From positions 5,688 through 69,687 of the forward strand of contig CAZTBI010000001.1 of the NCBI GenBank assembly GCA_964612055.1: a stretch of 64,000 nt of DNA. Reading direction: 5' to 3'. A program made the translations under genes and the position numbers. The first letter of the stretch is position 1, and every line of letters starts with the position of its first letter. The notes below the pieces were generated by a model. It did no database searches. It saw nothing but the letters and a program-made list of their open reading frames with translations, and was not told the DNA's origin. Shown here piece by piece: positions 16,986-26,977 of this stretch. The stretch comes from an uncultured Bdellovibrionales bacterium (GTDB lineage Bacteria > Patescibacteriota > Minisyncoccia > Moranbacterales > UBA1568).

Positions 16986-17810
16986 CTAACCGAGAGAAGC
17001 TTTTTTCACTGTGATCCTTTGTCCGAAGAACTGACTGCCGAGATGCTGAAATTTTTCGGTACGATCAGTAGAATAGAAGGTGCGGGTATGATTTTTACCA
17101 AGTTTTATTTCTATCTCAGGATGGCGTTTCAAATAATCTCGAAGTTTTCTCGCTACCACCGATGTCTCAGAGATGATGGCGATATTTTTCCCAACAATGT
17201 CTCTGATCTTTTTTTCGAGGATACCGTAGTGAGTGCAACCAAGAATGAGAGCATCAATCTTTTTCTTGAGGAGAGGTGTGAGATATTTTTGCAGAACAGC
17301 CCCTACTACCTCTCCACGATGTTCGCCAGCTTCTACTATGGGGACGAGGAGGGGACAGGGATTCTGGAAGACCTGAATTTTTGGATCGAGTTTTCGGAGT
17401 TCTCGGACGAAGGCTTTGGAGGCGACAGTTTGTTCGGTAGCGATGACACCGATTTTCTGATTCCTTGTTTTGGTGACAGCTGCTTCTGCGGCTGGAATAA
17501 TGACCCCAAGGACTTTTTTGTTGGGGTGAAAATTTGGGAGATATTCTTGTTGGATGCGACGGAGCGCCTCACTGGAAGCTGTGTTGCAGGCAAGAATGAC
17601 GAGATCGCAATCTTTTGAAAAAAGAAAATCAACCGCTTGGCGCGTGAATTCGTAAATGACTTCTTGAGAACGCGAACCATACGGAGTACGAGCCGTGTCT
17701 CCGAGATAGGTATAGTTGTACTCGGGTAATTCTTTCACCAGCCCGCGCAGGATAGTCAGTCCGCCGAACCCCGAATCAAACACCCCGATAGATTTCTTTT
17801 TCTTGGACAT
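16986..17810 (-). CDS. murI: glutamate racemase
   Basis: IGVFDSGFGGLT and ILACNTAS motifs; track start is TTG, ATG at 17810 (MSKKKKSIGVFDSG). Confidence 0.85.
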   Translation of the reverse strand: MSKKKKSIGVFDSGFGGLTILRGLVKELPEYNYTYLGDTARTPYGSRSQEVIYEFTRQAVDFLFSKDCDLVILACNTASSEALRRIQQEYLPNFHPNKKVLGVIIPAAEAAVTKTRNQKIGVIATEQTVASKAFVRELRKLDPKIQVFQNPCPLLVPIVEAGEHRGEVVGAVLQKYLTPLLKKKIDALILGCTHYGILEKKIRDIVGKNIAIISETSVVARKLRDYLKRHPEIEIKLGKNHTRTFYSTDRTEKFQHLGSQFFGQRITVKKASLG

Positions 17811-17903
17811 AGTAGGTTTCAGTAGTTCTTTCTTAGAGTATCGTACATCAGGAAAAAACAAAAATCCCTGCCTCTCGCAGGGATTTTGTAAGGACTTGTG
17901 GTA

Positions 17904-18152
17904 CTAGCGGAGGGCCTTGAGGATGGCGATAAGCACGACGGCACCAATTAAGGCGACGACGAAGCTGCCGAGGTTAAAGCCGCTGACGCTGCCACCGAGA
18001 CCGAGAAGACTAAAGATCCAGCTTCCAAGGACAGCTCCAACAATGCCGACAACGACATTGAGAAGGATGCCTTGTTGTCCATCGGTACCCATAAGCATTG
18101 ATGCTACCCAACCGACGAGACCTCCGAAGATGATATAAACGAGAAAACTCAT
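17904..18152 (-). CDS. GlsB/YeaQ/YmgE family stress-response membrane protein
   Basis: 82 aa, glycine-zipper TM pattern typical of the transglycosylase-associated family. Confidence 0.65.
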   Translation of the reverse strand: MSFLVYIIFGGLVGWVASMLMGTDGQQGILLNVVVGIVGAVLGSWIFSLLGLGGSVSGFNLGSFVVALIGAVVLIAILKALR

Positions 18153-18170
18153 AAGTGTGTGTTTTACAAA

Positions 18171-18527
18171 TTATTGATCCTGGCGATCAAGTTTGACTGC
18201 GGCCTCTGGTGTGGAAACCGTCTTGCCCATGACAAGCATCTTGATGATGCCCCAGGCGACAATGTAGTAAACCAACATAGCGAGGAGAGTCGTCCATTCG
18301 AAGACGCTACCTTGAGCCTTGGAGACTTTGAAGACAGTGACGAAAGGCGCGGCAAAGGGCGCCGTGATCATGTAGATGAAGTTGGTGAATCCAGCTCCGG
18401 CATTGGCACCGAGGAGTTTCAGAACAAACCGAAAGGCAAGGGCAACTTCGACGAGACCGAGGATATACCAGACAATCTGTGTCCCACGATAGAGGGGCTG
18501 GGTGCTGCTAGATGATTGCGCATCCAT
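18171..18527 (-). CDS. YggT family membrane protein
   Basis: FRFVLKLLGANAGAGFTNFIYMITAPF resembles the YggT/Ycf19 core. Confidence 0.45.
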   Translation of the reverse strand: MDAQSSSSTQPLYRGTQIVWYILGLVEVALAFRFVLKLLGANAGAGFTNFIYMITAPFAAPFVTVFKVSKAQGSVFEWTTLLAMLVYYIVAWGIIKMLVMGKTVSTPEAAVKLDRQDQ

Positions 18528-18714
18528 AGAGTTAAAATTAACAATTACAACGCTGTTCCCAAAGAACGAGGTAGAACCATACGCGTATGTAGTTATGAAT
18601 TTTCACTCTCCCTATCTGTATTTTTAGTATACTCCTCTTAGTCAAGAATAGCGAATTTGTGTATGAAAATTGGGGAAACAAAAACCACCATTGGGAGATG
18701 GTAGTTTTCTTTGG

Positions 18715-18789
18715 TGGTAGCCCCAAGGGGAGTCGAACCCCTCTTACCAGGATGAAAACCTGGTGTCCTAACCGATAGACGATGGGGCC
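18715..18789 (-). tRNA. tRNA-Glu (anticodon TTC), CCA encoded
   Basis: GGCCCCA-TC-GTC...TTTTCAT...TTCGACT...TGGGGCT-A-CCA parallels E. coli tRNA-Glu; G1:U72 wobble. Confidence 0.75.
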
Positions 18790-19104
18790 ATATTATTGGC
18801 CAAGTGAATACAAAAAAAGCAGACCAAACTGCGTGGCTAGTATAGCACAAAAACTCATTCTGGCAAGACTAGCGGTCATCGCCTCTTTCGTAGCCTTCTA
18901 CATCTATATTTGCAGCGCGTTCACGACCCAAAAGGCGGGCAATTTCTTGCTCTCTCGTTTCTTGAGTATTCTTTACTACTTTTCTATCACTATCTGGTCG
19001 TCCGCTATCTGTCCATATAGAGTGAGCTCCGAGTTCGCCTGTCAGTTCTTTATCTTTGGGTAACTCTGGGAGTCGTCTCAAAGGCATTTCCATAGCTTTC
19101 TGTA

Positions 19105-20391
19105 TTAGGATTGAATTTTTGGACTCTTCTCTATTTCTATCTCCAAAGCGTTTTCTTGGCAAATCTGAGCATAGAAGAGGGCGGCCTTTCGGACAATGCG
19201 TTCCTGGTCTTCATAGTCAACAGCGATCAGGCCAAAACGTGGCCAAAAGCCTTTATCCCATTCGAAATTGTCGAGGAGTGACCAGTAAAAGTAGCCACGG
19301 ACATCAACGCCTTCCTCGATGGCCTGGTGGATCCAGAGCAAGTGATCGCGGATGAAATCGATACGGTAATCGTCGAAAGCATCGGCCAAACCGTTTTCGG
19401 TGATATAGATAGGGAGGTTGTACTGATGGAGTTCTTTCAAGACATTGTAAATGCCTTTGGGATAAATTTCCCAACCAAGATCGTTGATTGGTTTATCGCC
19501 CAAGTGGACCTTGCGGGGGAATTTGAAACGGTTGTGGAAATAATACTGAGCAGTGAGGAAGTCATGGGTGCCGCGGGTTAAACGGAGGAAGTATTCATTG
19601 GTGAAGAAATGTGAGAAACGAATCATGAGCGTGTCGAAGAACGAGTGCTCGTGGTAGGGCTCAAAGGAGTGAAGGAGATTGGCCAAACCGACTTGGGCGT
19701 TTGGATTGATCTCGTGAATGACGTGGTAGGCTCGCTTGTGGGAGTCGGCCAAAATTTTGTAGACACGATGTGCGACGAAGTAACTTTTCTTTTGTGGTGG
19801 CCACTGGCCGGTAGTATAAGAGCCAGCGATGACGGAGGTCGGTTCATTGAGAGGAATCCAAAACGTCACCAAATCATTGAGTCGGGAAACAACGAAGTGG
19901 GTATAGCGTTCAAAGTAAACTGGAAATTCTTTTGAAGACACTCCGCCTTTGTCACGAAGCCATAGAGGCATAGTCCAATGCCAGAGAGTGACGAAAGGAG
20001 TGAGGCCACGCTCATGGAGGGCGAGTAAAACATCGCGGTAGTGATTGAGAGCCTGCTCGTCGAACTGGCCTTCGACCGGTTCGATGCGTGACCATTCAAT
20101 AGAAAATCGGTGGGCGTTGTGGTGGAGTGATTTGGCCAGGTCGAAGTCTTCCTTGAATCGGTTGTAGTGATCGCAGGCGATGCCAGAGATGTAGTTTTTT
20201 GGATCTTCGGCTTCGGGGCGGAGGCGCTCCCAGTATTTGATATGGCCGAATTTCTTATGAGCTTCTTTGGCGAGGCGTTCGGCGTTTTCTTTTTCCCATT
20301 CAGACCAATCGTTGGTAGTATTTCCCTCAACTTGGTGGGCAGAAGTGGCCGCGCCCCAGAGAAAGCCTTTTGGAAATTGCAATTTGGACAT
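19105..20391 (-). CDS. glycoside hydrolase family 1 (beta-glucosidase)
   Basis: FLWGAATSAHQVEG, LNEP and ITENG catalytic motifs; start moved to ATG 20391 (MSKLQFPKGF). Confidence 0.85.
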   Translation of the reverse strand: MSKLQFPKGFLWGAATSAHQVEGNTTNDWSEWEKENAERLAKEAHKKFGHIKYWERLRPEAEDPKNYISGIACDHYNRFKEDFDLAKSLHHNAHRFSIEWSRIEPVEGQFDEQALNHYRDVLLALHERGLTPFVTLWHWTMPLWLRDKGGVSSKEFPVYFERYTHFVVSRLNDLVTFWIPLNEPTSVIAGSYTTGQWPPQKKSYFVAHRVYKILADSHKRAYHVIHEINPNAQVGLANLLHSFEPYHEHSFFDTLMIRFSHFFTNEYFLRLTRGTHDFLTAQYYFHNRFKFPRKVHLGDKPINDLGWEIYPKGIYNVLKELHQYNLPIYITENGLADAFDDYRIDFIRDHLLWIHQAIEEGVDVRGYFYWSLLDNFEWDKGFWPRFGLIAVDYEDQERIVRKAALFYAQICQENALEIEIEKSPKIQS

Positions 20392-20789
20392 ACGGAAAAA
20401 GAAAATGTATCTGAGGTGAATTGTAGCGTAGATTGAAGGAAAAAGAAAAAGCTGCAGGCACGTTGTGCTGCAGCAGAAATTAGTAGGGGTTGGTTTAGCC
20501 AAGATGCTTCGCGAGATTGGTCAGGCTTTCACTTGCGCTTATTGCCCTGACGTTGTAACACCTCACCAGCCACCTGCGTTGTGAGACTTAGATCCATAAG
20601 GCGCATTACGCCTAACTTCAGATTCCCACTGGCCCCTCCTTCCACCCAGGCTATTCACCTGAGTAAAGGAATCTCGGTTGATTTCTTCCAACGCCCTTAA
20701 CTTTAACTACTGCATATTTTAATGGATAAGTTTTTCTTTGGCAAGTGTTGACTTTTTACTCAAAAATAGGTATGGTATAAGATGTACTT

Positions 20790-22484
20790 ATGAGTGATTT
20801 TTCCTTTCCTGATCCAAAAACTACCGAGCCGAAAAAACGGCGCGTTCAGCGGGCGATTGAGATGATCCCGGGTCTTTTGACGTGGACGACTCTTTTGGGG
20901 ATGTTGGCGCTCTCTTTCTTCTTGCCGGTGTGGGCGGCGGTGCTCGTCATTGTCTTTGATATTTACTGGATTCACAAGGCGTTCTATATCTCACTTTTCT
21001 CGGTGGCGGGGAATATAGATGTGGAAGAGGGGAAGCGCATCAACTGGTGGGAGCGTTGCCAGAACGTTGCTCATCCGGAAGCCTATAGCGAACTGCTCGA
21101 GGAGCGAATCAAAAGTATCTACGACGGCGCGAAGGAAATCCCATTTTTTCACTTTCGAGAGCGTCGCACCGTGAGGAAAGAAATTGCTCGCCTCAAAAAG
21201 ATTCGCAAAGAAACGCGAGAACTTATCCCAATTCAGGATCAAATCATGGATTGGCGCGAGGTGCTCCACGTCGTTTTGCTTCCGACAGCAGGGGAACCAG
21301 CGGACGTTATCGAGCCGGCACTGCAATCCTTGGCTGACAATAATTTTCCGAAGGAGCAGATGATTATTCTTTTGGCGACAGAAGAGCGTGAGGATCCGGA
21401 GACGCGTTTGCCAAAGGTGGAATATTTGAAGAAAAAGTTTGATGGTGTGTTTCGTGATTTTCTGGTGACGACCCACATCGTCGAAGGCGGCGAGATGAAG
21501 TGTAAGGCATCGAATGCGAAGTTTGCTGCCCGGGAACTCCAGAAGTATCTTGACGAACGAGCGATTGATTACAAGCGCGTCATTTTTTCGAACTTTGACT
21601 GTGATAGCGTGGCGCATCCAGAGTACTTTGCGGCGCTCACTTATGAATACATCATCGATCCCAAGCGTTTGCAGCGTGCGTACCAGCCGCTTCCGATGTA
21701 TCACAACAACATCTGGGATACGAATGCTTTTGTGCGCCTGGTGGTGACTGGTTCGTCATTTTGGCATCTGTACCAGAGTACGCGCAAAGAGATGGTGACG
21801 TTCTCATCGCACTCGGAGCCGTTTGATACGTTGGTCAAGGTGGGTTTCTGGCCGGTGAATATGATCAGTGAAGACTCAGTGATTTACTGGAAGTGTCTGG
21901 CGTATTTCCATGGCGACTATCGGGTGCAGCCAATCCATCTGCCGATATCACTTGATGCGGTACTTGCTGAGACGTATTGGAAGACGCTCAAGAATCAGTA
22001 CAAACAGAAACGGCGCTGGGCCTATGGTATCGAGAACTTCCCGGTGACGATGCGGGCTATTTGGCCAGACAAAGTCATCGCGCTTCGCACCAAACTGCGC
22101 ATTACCTTTGAGATGCTTGAAGGTCACTATTCCTGGGCTACGACCTCGTTCATCCTGACGTTCCTCGGATGGTTGCCACTTGTTTTGGGCGGATCAGCTT
22201 TCCGAGAAAGCGTCTTGGCACACAATCTACCTTTTATTACCAAAACTCTCATGACGCTCGGTATGATGGGGCTTCTTATCTCGATTCCGATGTCACTTCT
22301 GTCGTTACCACCGCGACCAAAACGCTATCATTGGAGCCGACACTTTCTCATGGTTTTTCAGTGGGTGTTGATCCCCTTGGTTGGTTTCCTTTCGGCACTC
22401 CCGGCTATTGATTCGCAGACGCGTATCTTGCTTGGGAAATACTTTGGTGAATTCTGGGTCACAGAAAAAATGCGCAAAAACTAG
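20790..22484 (+). CDS. processive family-2 glycosyltransferase (cellulose/chitin-synthase-like), membrane
   Basis: N-terminal TM, D,D,D spacing and QKRRW (QxxRW) motif, C-terminal TM bundle. Confidence 0.65.
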   Translation: MSDFSFPDPKTTEPKKRRVQRAIEMIPGLLTWTTLLGMLALSFFLPVWAAVLVIVFDIYWIHKAFYISLFSVAGNIDVEEGKRINWWERCQNVAHPEAYSELLEERIKSIYDGAKEIPFFHFRERRTVRKEIARLKKIRKETRELIPIQDQIMDWREVLHVVLLPTAGEPADVIEPALQSLADNNFPKEQMIILLATEEREDPETRLPKVEYLKKKFDGVFRDFLVTTHIVEGGEMKCKASNAKFAARELQKYLDERAIDYKRVIFSNFDCDSVAHPEYFAALTYEYIIDPKRLQRAYQPLPMYHNNIWDTNAFVRLVVTGSSFWHLYQSTRKEMVTFSSHSEPFDTLVKVGFWPVNMISEDSVIYWKCLAYFHGDYRVQPIHLPISLDAVLAETYWKTLKNQYKQKRRWAYGIENFPVTMRAIWPDKVIALRTKLRITFEMLEGHYSWATTSFILTFLGWLPLVLGGSAFRESVLAHNLPFITKTLMTLGMMGLLISIPMSLLSLPPRPKRYHWSRHFLMVFQWVLIPLVGFLSALPAIDSQTRILLGKYFGEFWVTEKMRKN

Positions 22485-22581
22485 ATTAGAAACAGAGAAA
22501 AAAGCAGGCGCCTCGTGAAAACTTGGCGCCTTTTTTATCGTAGTAACAGTGTAGGTATCTCTCAAATTGCAACACTATTCT

Positions 22582-23199
22582 ATGAAATTCATTCTTTTTT
22601 TGCAGAACATAGTCATCGGTATCTCCTTATTTTTACTGGGGCTTATACCGGTATATTCTCAAGTTTTTGGGATGGATTTTACCGTGCGAGGTATCTTGTA
22701 TACGATCTCGTTTGCAGCAGTGTTTGCGGTTATGGTGGTTCGGCCGCTGGCAGACATTACGAACTGGTCTTTTCTGCGTCGCCTGGTAATCTTGCGCAAG
22801 GGTTTTGGCATCTTGTCCTCATCGATCATTGTCGGTTTCATGATTGATGCTATTGTCACGCCAGGCTCTCCTTACATCGCGTCGCTTCTTGCGGGGACAT
22901 TCTTCTCCTTTAGTCACCTGGTATTCTTCGCTCATCTTGGCGATATTTCTGGGCTGATCCTGCTCCTCACCTCGAACACTTTTTCCCAGAAACTCCTCAA
23001 ACAAAACTGGAAGCGAGTTCAGCGTCTCTCCTATGTGTATTTCTATGCCGGTGGCATTTACGAGGCGTTCACACTTGATAGCATGTTCGCGCTGTATGCT
23101 ATTTTGCTGGTGACGAATCTGACGGTTCTGGCCTGGGCAATCAAGATATATCGTCGATCAGGGATTACCAAACAAAATCCTGTCATGTCCGTGGCCTAG
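22582..23199 (+). CDS. polytopic membrane protein, ferric-reductase/MsrQ-like?
   Basis: 6 TM with conserved His residues; track start is TTG, ATG at 22582. Confidence 0.3.
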   Translation: MKFILFLQNIVIGISLFLLGLIPVYSQVFGMDFTVRGILYTISFAAVFAVMVVRPLADITNWSFLRRLVILRKGFGILSSSIIVGFMIDAIVTPGSPYIASLLAGTFFSFSHLVFFAHLGDISGLILLLTSNTFSQKLLKQNWKRVQRLSYVYFYAGGIYEAFTLDSMFALYAILLVTNLTVLAWAIKIYRRSGITKQNPVMSVA

Positions 23200-25284
23200 C
23201 TATTCGAGATGAATTTTTTCTTCGAAGATCCGCAGAGCCTTCTGAAGGAGTGGATGCTTGGTAAGGAGGGGATCAGAAACAAGAATATTCTTCGCCTCAT
23301 CACGAGCGATGGTGATGAGTTTCATATTGTTTAGGTTTTCCATAGCAATGTCTGGCAGACCTGACTGGCGACTGCCGAAAAAGGCTCCAGGGCCCCGGAT
23401 ACCGAGGTCCACCTCGGCAATTTCGAAGCCGTTATTGGTCTTCTCGAGAATCTTCAGACGTTCGTTGTTTACGCCAGATTCTTTCCCGGGAAGAAGAAAA
23501 CAGTACGACTGATGTTCGCCTCTTCCGACACGTCCACGGAATTGGTGCAGTTGGGCGAGACCGAAGCGCTCGGCTTCTTCGATCATCATGATGCTGGCGT
23601 TTGGTACATCGATTCCCACTTCGACGACAGCGGTCGCGACCAAGATATCATACTTCTTTTCTTTGAAATCACGCATCACTGATTCTTTTTCTTTTGCTTT
23701 CAGTTTGCCATGAAGCAGTCCAATCGAGAGGTGAGGAAAGATGCTTTCGGCCAAATGCTCACGCTCTGCGACAGCCGCTTTCACATCTTTGAGTGCCATG
23801 GATTCTTCGACTAATGGAAAGATGATAAATGCTTGGCGACCTTTGGTGATTTCGCTTCGGATGAATTCATAGATCTTCTCACGGTCTTTTCCGTTCCTCG
23901 CGATTTTAGTAATGATCGGCTTGCGATTTTTTGGGAGTTCATCCAAGAGTGAGAGGTCAAGGTTGCCGAAAAAAGCGAGCGTGAGCGTGCGCGGGATAGG
24001 AGTAGCGGTCATGGAGAGGAAGTGCGGCACAAACTCCTTCGATCCGTCCAAGCTATTGAAAGAAAGCTCTTGGAGTTTGGCGCGCTGAGAAACACCAAAG
24101 CGATGCTGTTCGTCGACAACGATGAGAGCCAGGTTGTCGAAAGCGACGTCATCTTGGATCAAGGCGTGGGTGCCGACGATGATCCTTGGGATGCCGGCCC
24201 GGATAGCTTTGAGGAGCGTCGGACGGGTGGTTGTTTGACCATCCAAGATCCGGTAGCTACCAGTGAAGAGGGCGATATCGTGGTTGGTAGCAGCAAAGAC
24301 TTTGGTAAGACTTTCAAAGTGTTGGCGCGCGAGAACTTCGGTTGGAGCAAGGATGGCAGTTTGGAATCCATTTTCTGCAGCCACAAAGGCGGCCAAGCCT
24401 GCGACAATGGTTTTGCCACTTCCCACGTCGCCGTTTAAGAGACGGTTCATTGGTCGTGCCTGCTTCATGTCTTGTAGGATTTCGGAACTTGCTTTGTGTT
24501 GGGCGTTGGTGAGGGTGAAGGGAAGTAAACTTACAAATTTTTTTACGAGATCGTCAGTATAGGGGAGTGCGGTAGCTTGGGCAGTTTCAAAGAGCGCCTT
24601 TACTTGCAAGGCTTTGAGTTGTACAAAGAGCATTTCGTCAAAAGCGAAACGTTTTCGAGCAAGAAGTTCGTGTGTGGCATCAACGGGAAAGTGAATATAG
24701 AAGAGTGCTTGTTTCAAAGAAGGGAGGTGAAGTTTTTTCAAGATATCTTCTGGAACGGGATCTGGAAAGTCGGTGAGTTTTTGAAAAATACCGGTGAGTT
24801 GCCAGCGGAAGAATTTTGAAGTAAGCCCTGCTGTTTCTGGGTAGACCGGAACCAGACGACCAGTGTGCGTGGCGTCACGCGCTGAACGTTCAAAAGCCGG
24901 ATTCTGCATGAGGATACCTTGTCTATCGCTGGTCACTTTGCCGCTGACGCGGATAGTCATGCCAGCTTTCAATGTCTGGGCGACGAAACGTTGATTGAAC
25001 CAGATGAGGCGAATTTTTCCGCTCGCATCCTCGAGTGTCACCTCGGTCAGAAACATTTTTTTCTTGAAAGTGCGCCCGGCTTCGATAGTAGTCACAGTTC
25101 CCTCGATGGTGCAGAGCTCATTTGGAACAAGGGCGTCGATGGTGAGGACAGAGGAGTAGTCTTCGTAGCGAAAAGGAAAGTGGTAGAGCAGGTCGCGCAC
25201 GGTCATAATACCCATGCGCTCAAGCTTGGCGAGGGTCAGTTTTTTGATTGAAGAAATGGTGGAAAGCGGAGTTTCGAAAGTCAT
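23200..25284 (-). CDS. recG: ATP-dependent DNA helicase RecG
   Basis: wedge domain; GDVGSGKT Walker A; DEQHRFGV. Confidence 0.9.
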   Translation of the reverse strand: MTFETPLSTISSIKKLTLAKLERMGIMTVRDLLYHFPFRYEDYSSVLTIDALVPNELCTIEGTVTTIEAGRTFKKKMFLTEVTLEDASGKIRLIWFNQRFVAQTLKAGMTIRVSGKVTSDRQGILMQNPAFERSARDATHTGRLVPVYPETAGLTSKFFRWQLTGIFQKLTDFPDPVPEDILKKLHLPSLKQALFYIHFPVDATHELLARKRFAFDEMLFVQLKALQVKALFETAQATALPYTDDLVKKFVSLLPFTLTNAQHKASSEILQDMKQARPMNRLLNGDVGSGKTIVAGLAAFVAAENGFQTAILAPTEVLARQHFESLTKVFAATNHDIALFTGSYRILDGQTTTRPTLLKAIRAGIPRIIVGTHALIQDDVAFDNLALIVVDEQHRFGVSQRAKLQELSFNSLDGSKEFVPHFLSMTATPIPRTLTLAFFGNLDLSLLDELPKNRKPIITKIARNGKDREKIYEFIRSEITKGRQAFIIFPLVEESMALKDVKAAVAEREHLAESIFPHLSIGLLHGKLKAKEKESVMRDFKEKKYDILVATAVVEVGIDVPNASIMMIEEAERFGLAQLHQFRGRVGRGEHQSYCFLLPGKESGVNNERLKILEKTNNGFEIAEVDLGIRGPGAFFGSRQSGLPDIAMENLNNMKLITIARDEAKNILVSDPLLTKHPLLQKALRIFEEKIHLE

Positions 25285-25329
25285 GTTTCCAGTATATCAT
25301 CCTGGAGTCCTGAGAAAAAAAGCAGACCT

Positions 25330-25375
25330 GCCACACGTGAGAGCATGGCAGGTCTAAAAGATCCGCATTTACGTC
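25330..25375 (-). terminator. intrinsic terminator
   Basis: AGACCTGCC/GGCAGGTCT stem with T7 on minus strand. Confidence 0.6.
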
Positions 25376-25407
25376 GCGGACCGAGGAGGGCAAGGAACAG
25401 GGTGATG

Positions 25408-25854
25408 TCAGGCCGTAAGCTGCTGGGAAGCAGTTGCGGTCACGGTATAGCTGAGGGGCAGGGAACGTTGTCGGCGTTCCTGTTTCTTCGGTTCTTCATA
25501 GTGGAACCCGATGCTCTCCAGATAGAGCAGAAGCTCTTCCTGGAGTTTCTCGGGAGCGTCGGTTGTTGTGGTGGCTGGACGGAAGTACAACCCGTTCAGA
25601 GCTGTGGTCATGTCGAAAGGTGTTCGCCCAGCGTGTTTTTGTTCGCGCTTGGCGTAGCCAATGACAGTGCCCAGTGACCTGATCGGGGGAATTCCCTCGG
25701 TAAAGGTCACGGAAAACCCGGTTCCATCGAAGGAGACGGAGGAAAAGGTAGCGATTCTCATTGAGTCCTCATTGATTGTTGGTCTTTCCTTGTCCTTCTC
25801 GTTGGTATTGTTAAGTAGCTTTCTTAAAGTACTGAAGAAGAGATCTTTTGTCAA
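25408..25854 (-). CDS. hypothetical protein (148 aa)
   Basis: ORF with terminator; no recognisable motif. Confidence 0.4.
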   Translation of the reverse strand: MTKDLFFSTLRKLLNNTNEKDKERPTINEDSMRIATFSSVSFDGTGFSVTFTEGIPPIRSLGTVIGYAKREQKHAGRTPFDMTTALNGLYFRPATTTTDAPEKLQEELLLYLESIGFHYEEPKKQERRQRSLPLSYTVTATASQQLTA

Positions 25855-25864
25855 CTAAAAAATG

Positions 25865-25936
25865 TGTCCTCGCGTGGAATCGAACCACGATTTCATCCTT
25901 CGGAGGGATGTGTCTTATCCGTTATACGACGAGGAC
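25865..25936 (-). tRNA. tRNA-Arg (anticodon CCG)
   Basis: acceptor GTCCTCG/CGAGGAC, stem CATCC/GGATG, loop CTCCGAA; one D-stem mismatch. Confidence 0.7.
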
Positions 25937-25985
25937 GTAGCTTTCCTATACTACTGAAAGACAAGGTAAATGGCAAAACCTCAAG

Positions 25986-26031
25986 CGGGCAACTCCCGTT
26001 TCCCGACCCCTTCCTATCCGATTCTTGCCGG
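25986..26031 (-). repeat. tRNA-associated repeat, copy C
   Basis: reverse complement reads CCGGCAAGAATCGGA-TAGGAAGGGGTCGGGAAACGGGAGTTGCCCG; first 15 nt are antisense to the T-arm of the adjacent tRNA-Arg(GCG). Confidence 0.75.
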
Positions 26032-26039
26032 ACACAAAC

Positions 26040-26075
26040 AAAAAAAAGAATCCCATAAAGGAATTCTTTTTTGTT
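26040..26075. terminator. bidirectional hairpin terminator
   Basis: AAAAAAGAAT/ATTCTTTTTT stem flanked by A- and T-runs, downstream of tRNA-Arg(GCG). Confidence 0.55.
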
Positions 26076-26081
26076 TCATTG

Positions 26082-26154
26082 TGCGCCCGGCAAGAATCGG
26101 ACTTACGACCTTCTGGACCGCAACCAGACGCTCTATCCACTGAGCTACGGGCGC
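26082..26154 (-). tRNA. tRNA-Arg (anticodon GCG)
   Basis: acceptor GCGCCCG/CGGGCGC, stem TCTGG/CCAGA, loop TTGCGGT; T-loop TCCGATT. Confidence 0.75.
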
Positions 26155-26166
26155 AACGCGGCACCC

Positions 26167-26736
26167 TTAAATATGCAGCAATTTCTCAATACTGTCAACC
26201 AGTCCTGGTTCATGTTTGTCCTCGGGTACAAATTGCACCAAGACCTGGTAGAGCTCTTCAACCGGCAAAGTAGTGATAGGAATATGAACATGAGAGACGA
26301 GATGACCGTTCGTTTTGATGGAAAGAAGATTGTCAAAAGGGGGTTCATCGTAGAGATGAAAGGACTCGATATCCTCGTATTCGTAGAATTCTTTGGCGGC
26401 CACAATACCTTTGGTGGTCAGGTAAAAAGGTAGGATACGTGGTTCATGACCAAGCGCCAGATAGCCCGTCATGCCGATGAGAATAAAAGTGATGGCCATG
26501 AGGGGGCTGTTGGTATAGAGCGCCCAGGCGATAATAGCAATAAGAAGAAACAGCACGACGATGCGGGACTTGGGTCCGAGTTCCAAGGGTTCGTGTTCTG
26601 GCGCATCCCAGTGAAGGAGGATTTGGCCATACTGCGGGGCAAGGGTGTGCGTGTCGCGAGGTGTCTGAGGCACCGGTGTTGGTTGAGAAGTCTTGTTTAC
26701 TTTTCCACCGTCGTGAAACGAGTGATGAGCGTTCAT
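26167..26736 (-). CDS. hypothetical membrane protein (189 aa)
   Basis: two TM helices; no recognisable motif. Confidence 0.45.
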   Translation of the reverse strand: MNAHHSFHDGGKVNKTSQPTPVPQTPRDTHTLAPQYGQILLHWDAPEHEPLELGPKSRIVVLFLLIAIIAWALYTNSPLMAITFILIGMTGYLALGHEPRILPFYLTTKGIVAAKEFYEYEDIESFHLYDEPPFDNLLSIKTNGHLVSHVHIPITTLPVEELYQVLVQFVPEDKHEPGLVDSIEKLLHI

Positions 26737-26836
26737 AGGGTAATATTGATTTTCTTTACTATACCATATTTTTACTGAAAACAGATACTCTTCACAAAGG
26801 CAGGCATGCCTGATACCATGACGAGGTAGAAAATTT

Positions 26837-26923
26837 GGAAGCGTGGCCGAGTGGTTGAAGGCAACAGTCTTGAAAACTGTCGTACCCGAAAGGGTATCGT
26901 GAGTTCGAATCTCACCGCTTCCG
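26837..26923 (+). tRNA. tRNA-Ser (anticodon TGA)
   Basis: GGAAGCG-TG-GCC-GAGTGGTTGAAGGC...CTTGAAA...long variable arm...GTGAG-TTCGAAT-CTCAC-CGCTTCC-G. Confidence 0.85.
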
Positions 26924-26930
26924 CTGTTGA

Positions 26931-26975
26931 AGTAAAGAAGGAACTACCTTGTGCAGTTCCTTCTTTACTTTTATG
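26931..26975 (+). terminator. 14-bp-stem terminator
   Basis: GTAAAGAAGGAACT/AGTTCCTTCTTTAC plus TTTTAT. Confidence 0.7.
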
Positions 26976-26977
26976 AT

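Noticed and set aside
16980-17618. 212-aa plus-strand ORF antisense to murI, and many 60-150-aa ORFs antisense to valS, recG, clpC and the GH5 genes
   Set aside because: Each lies entirely within a well-supported gene on the opposite strand, has low-complexity composition and no RBS. These are shadow ORFs.
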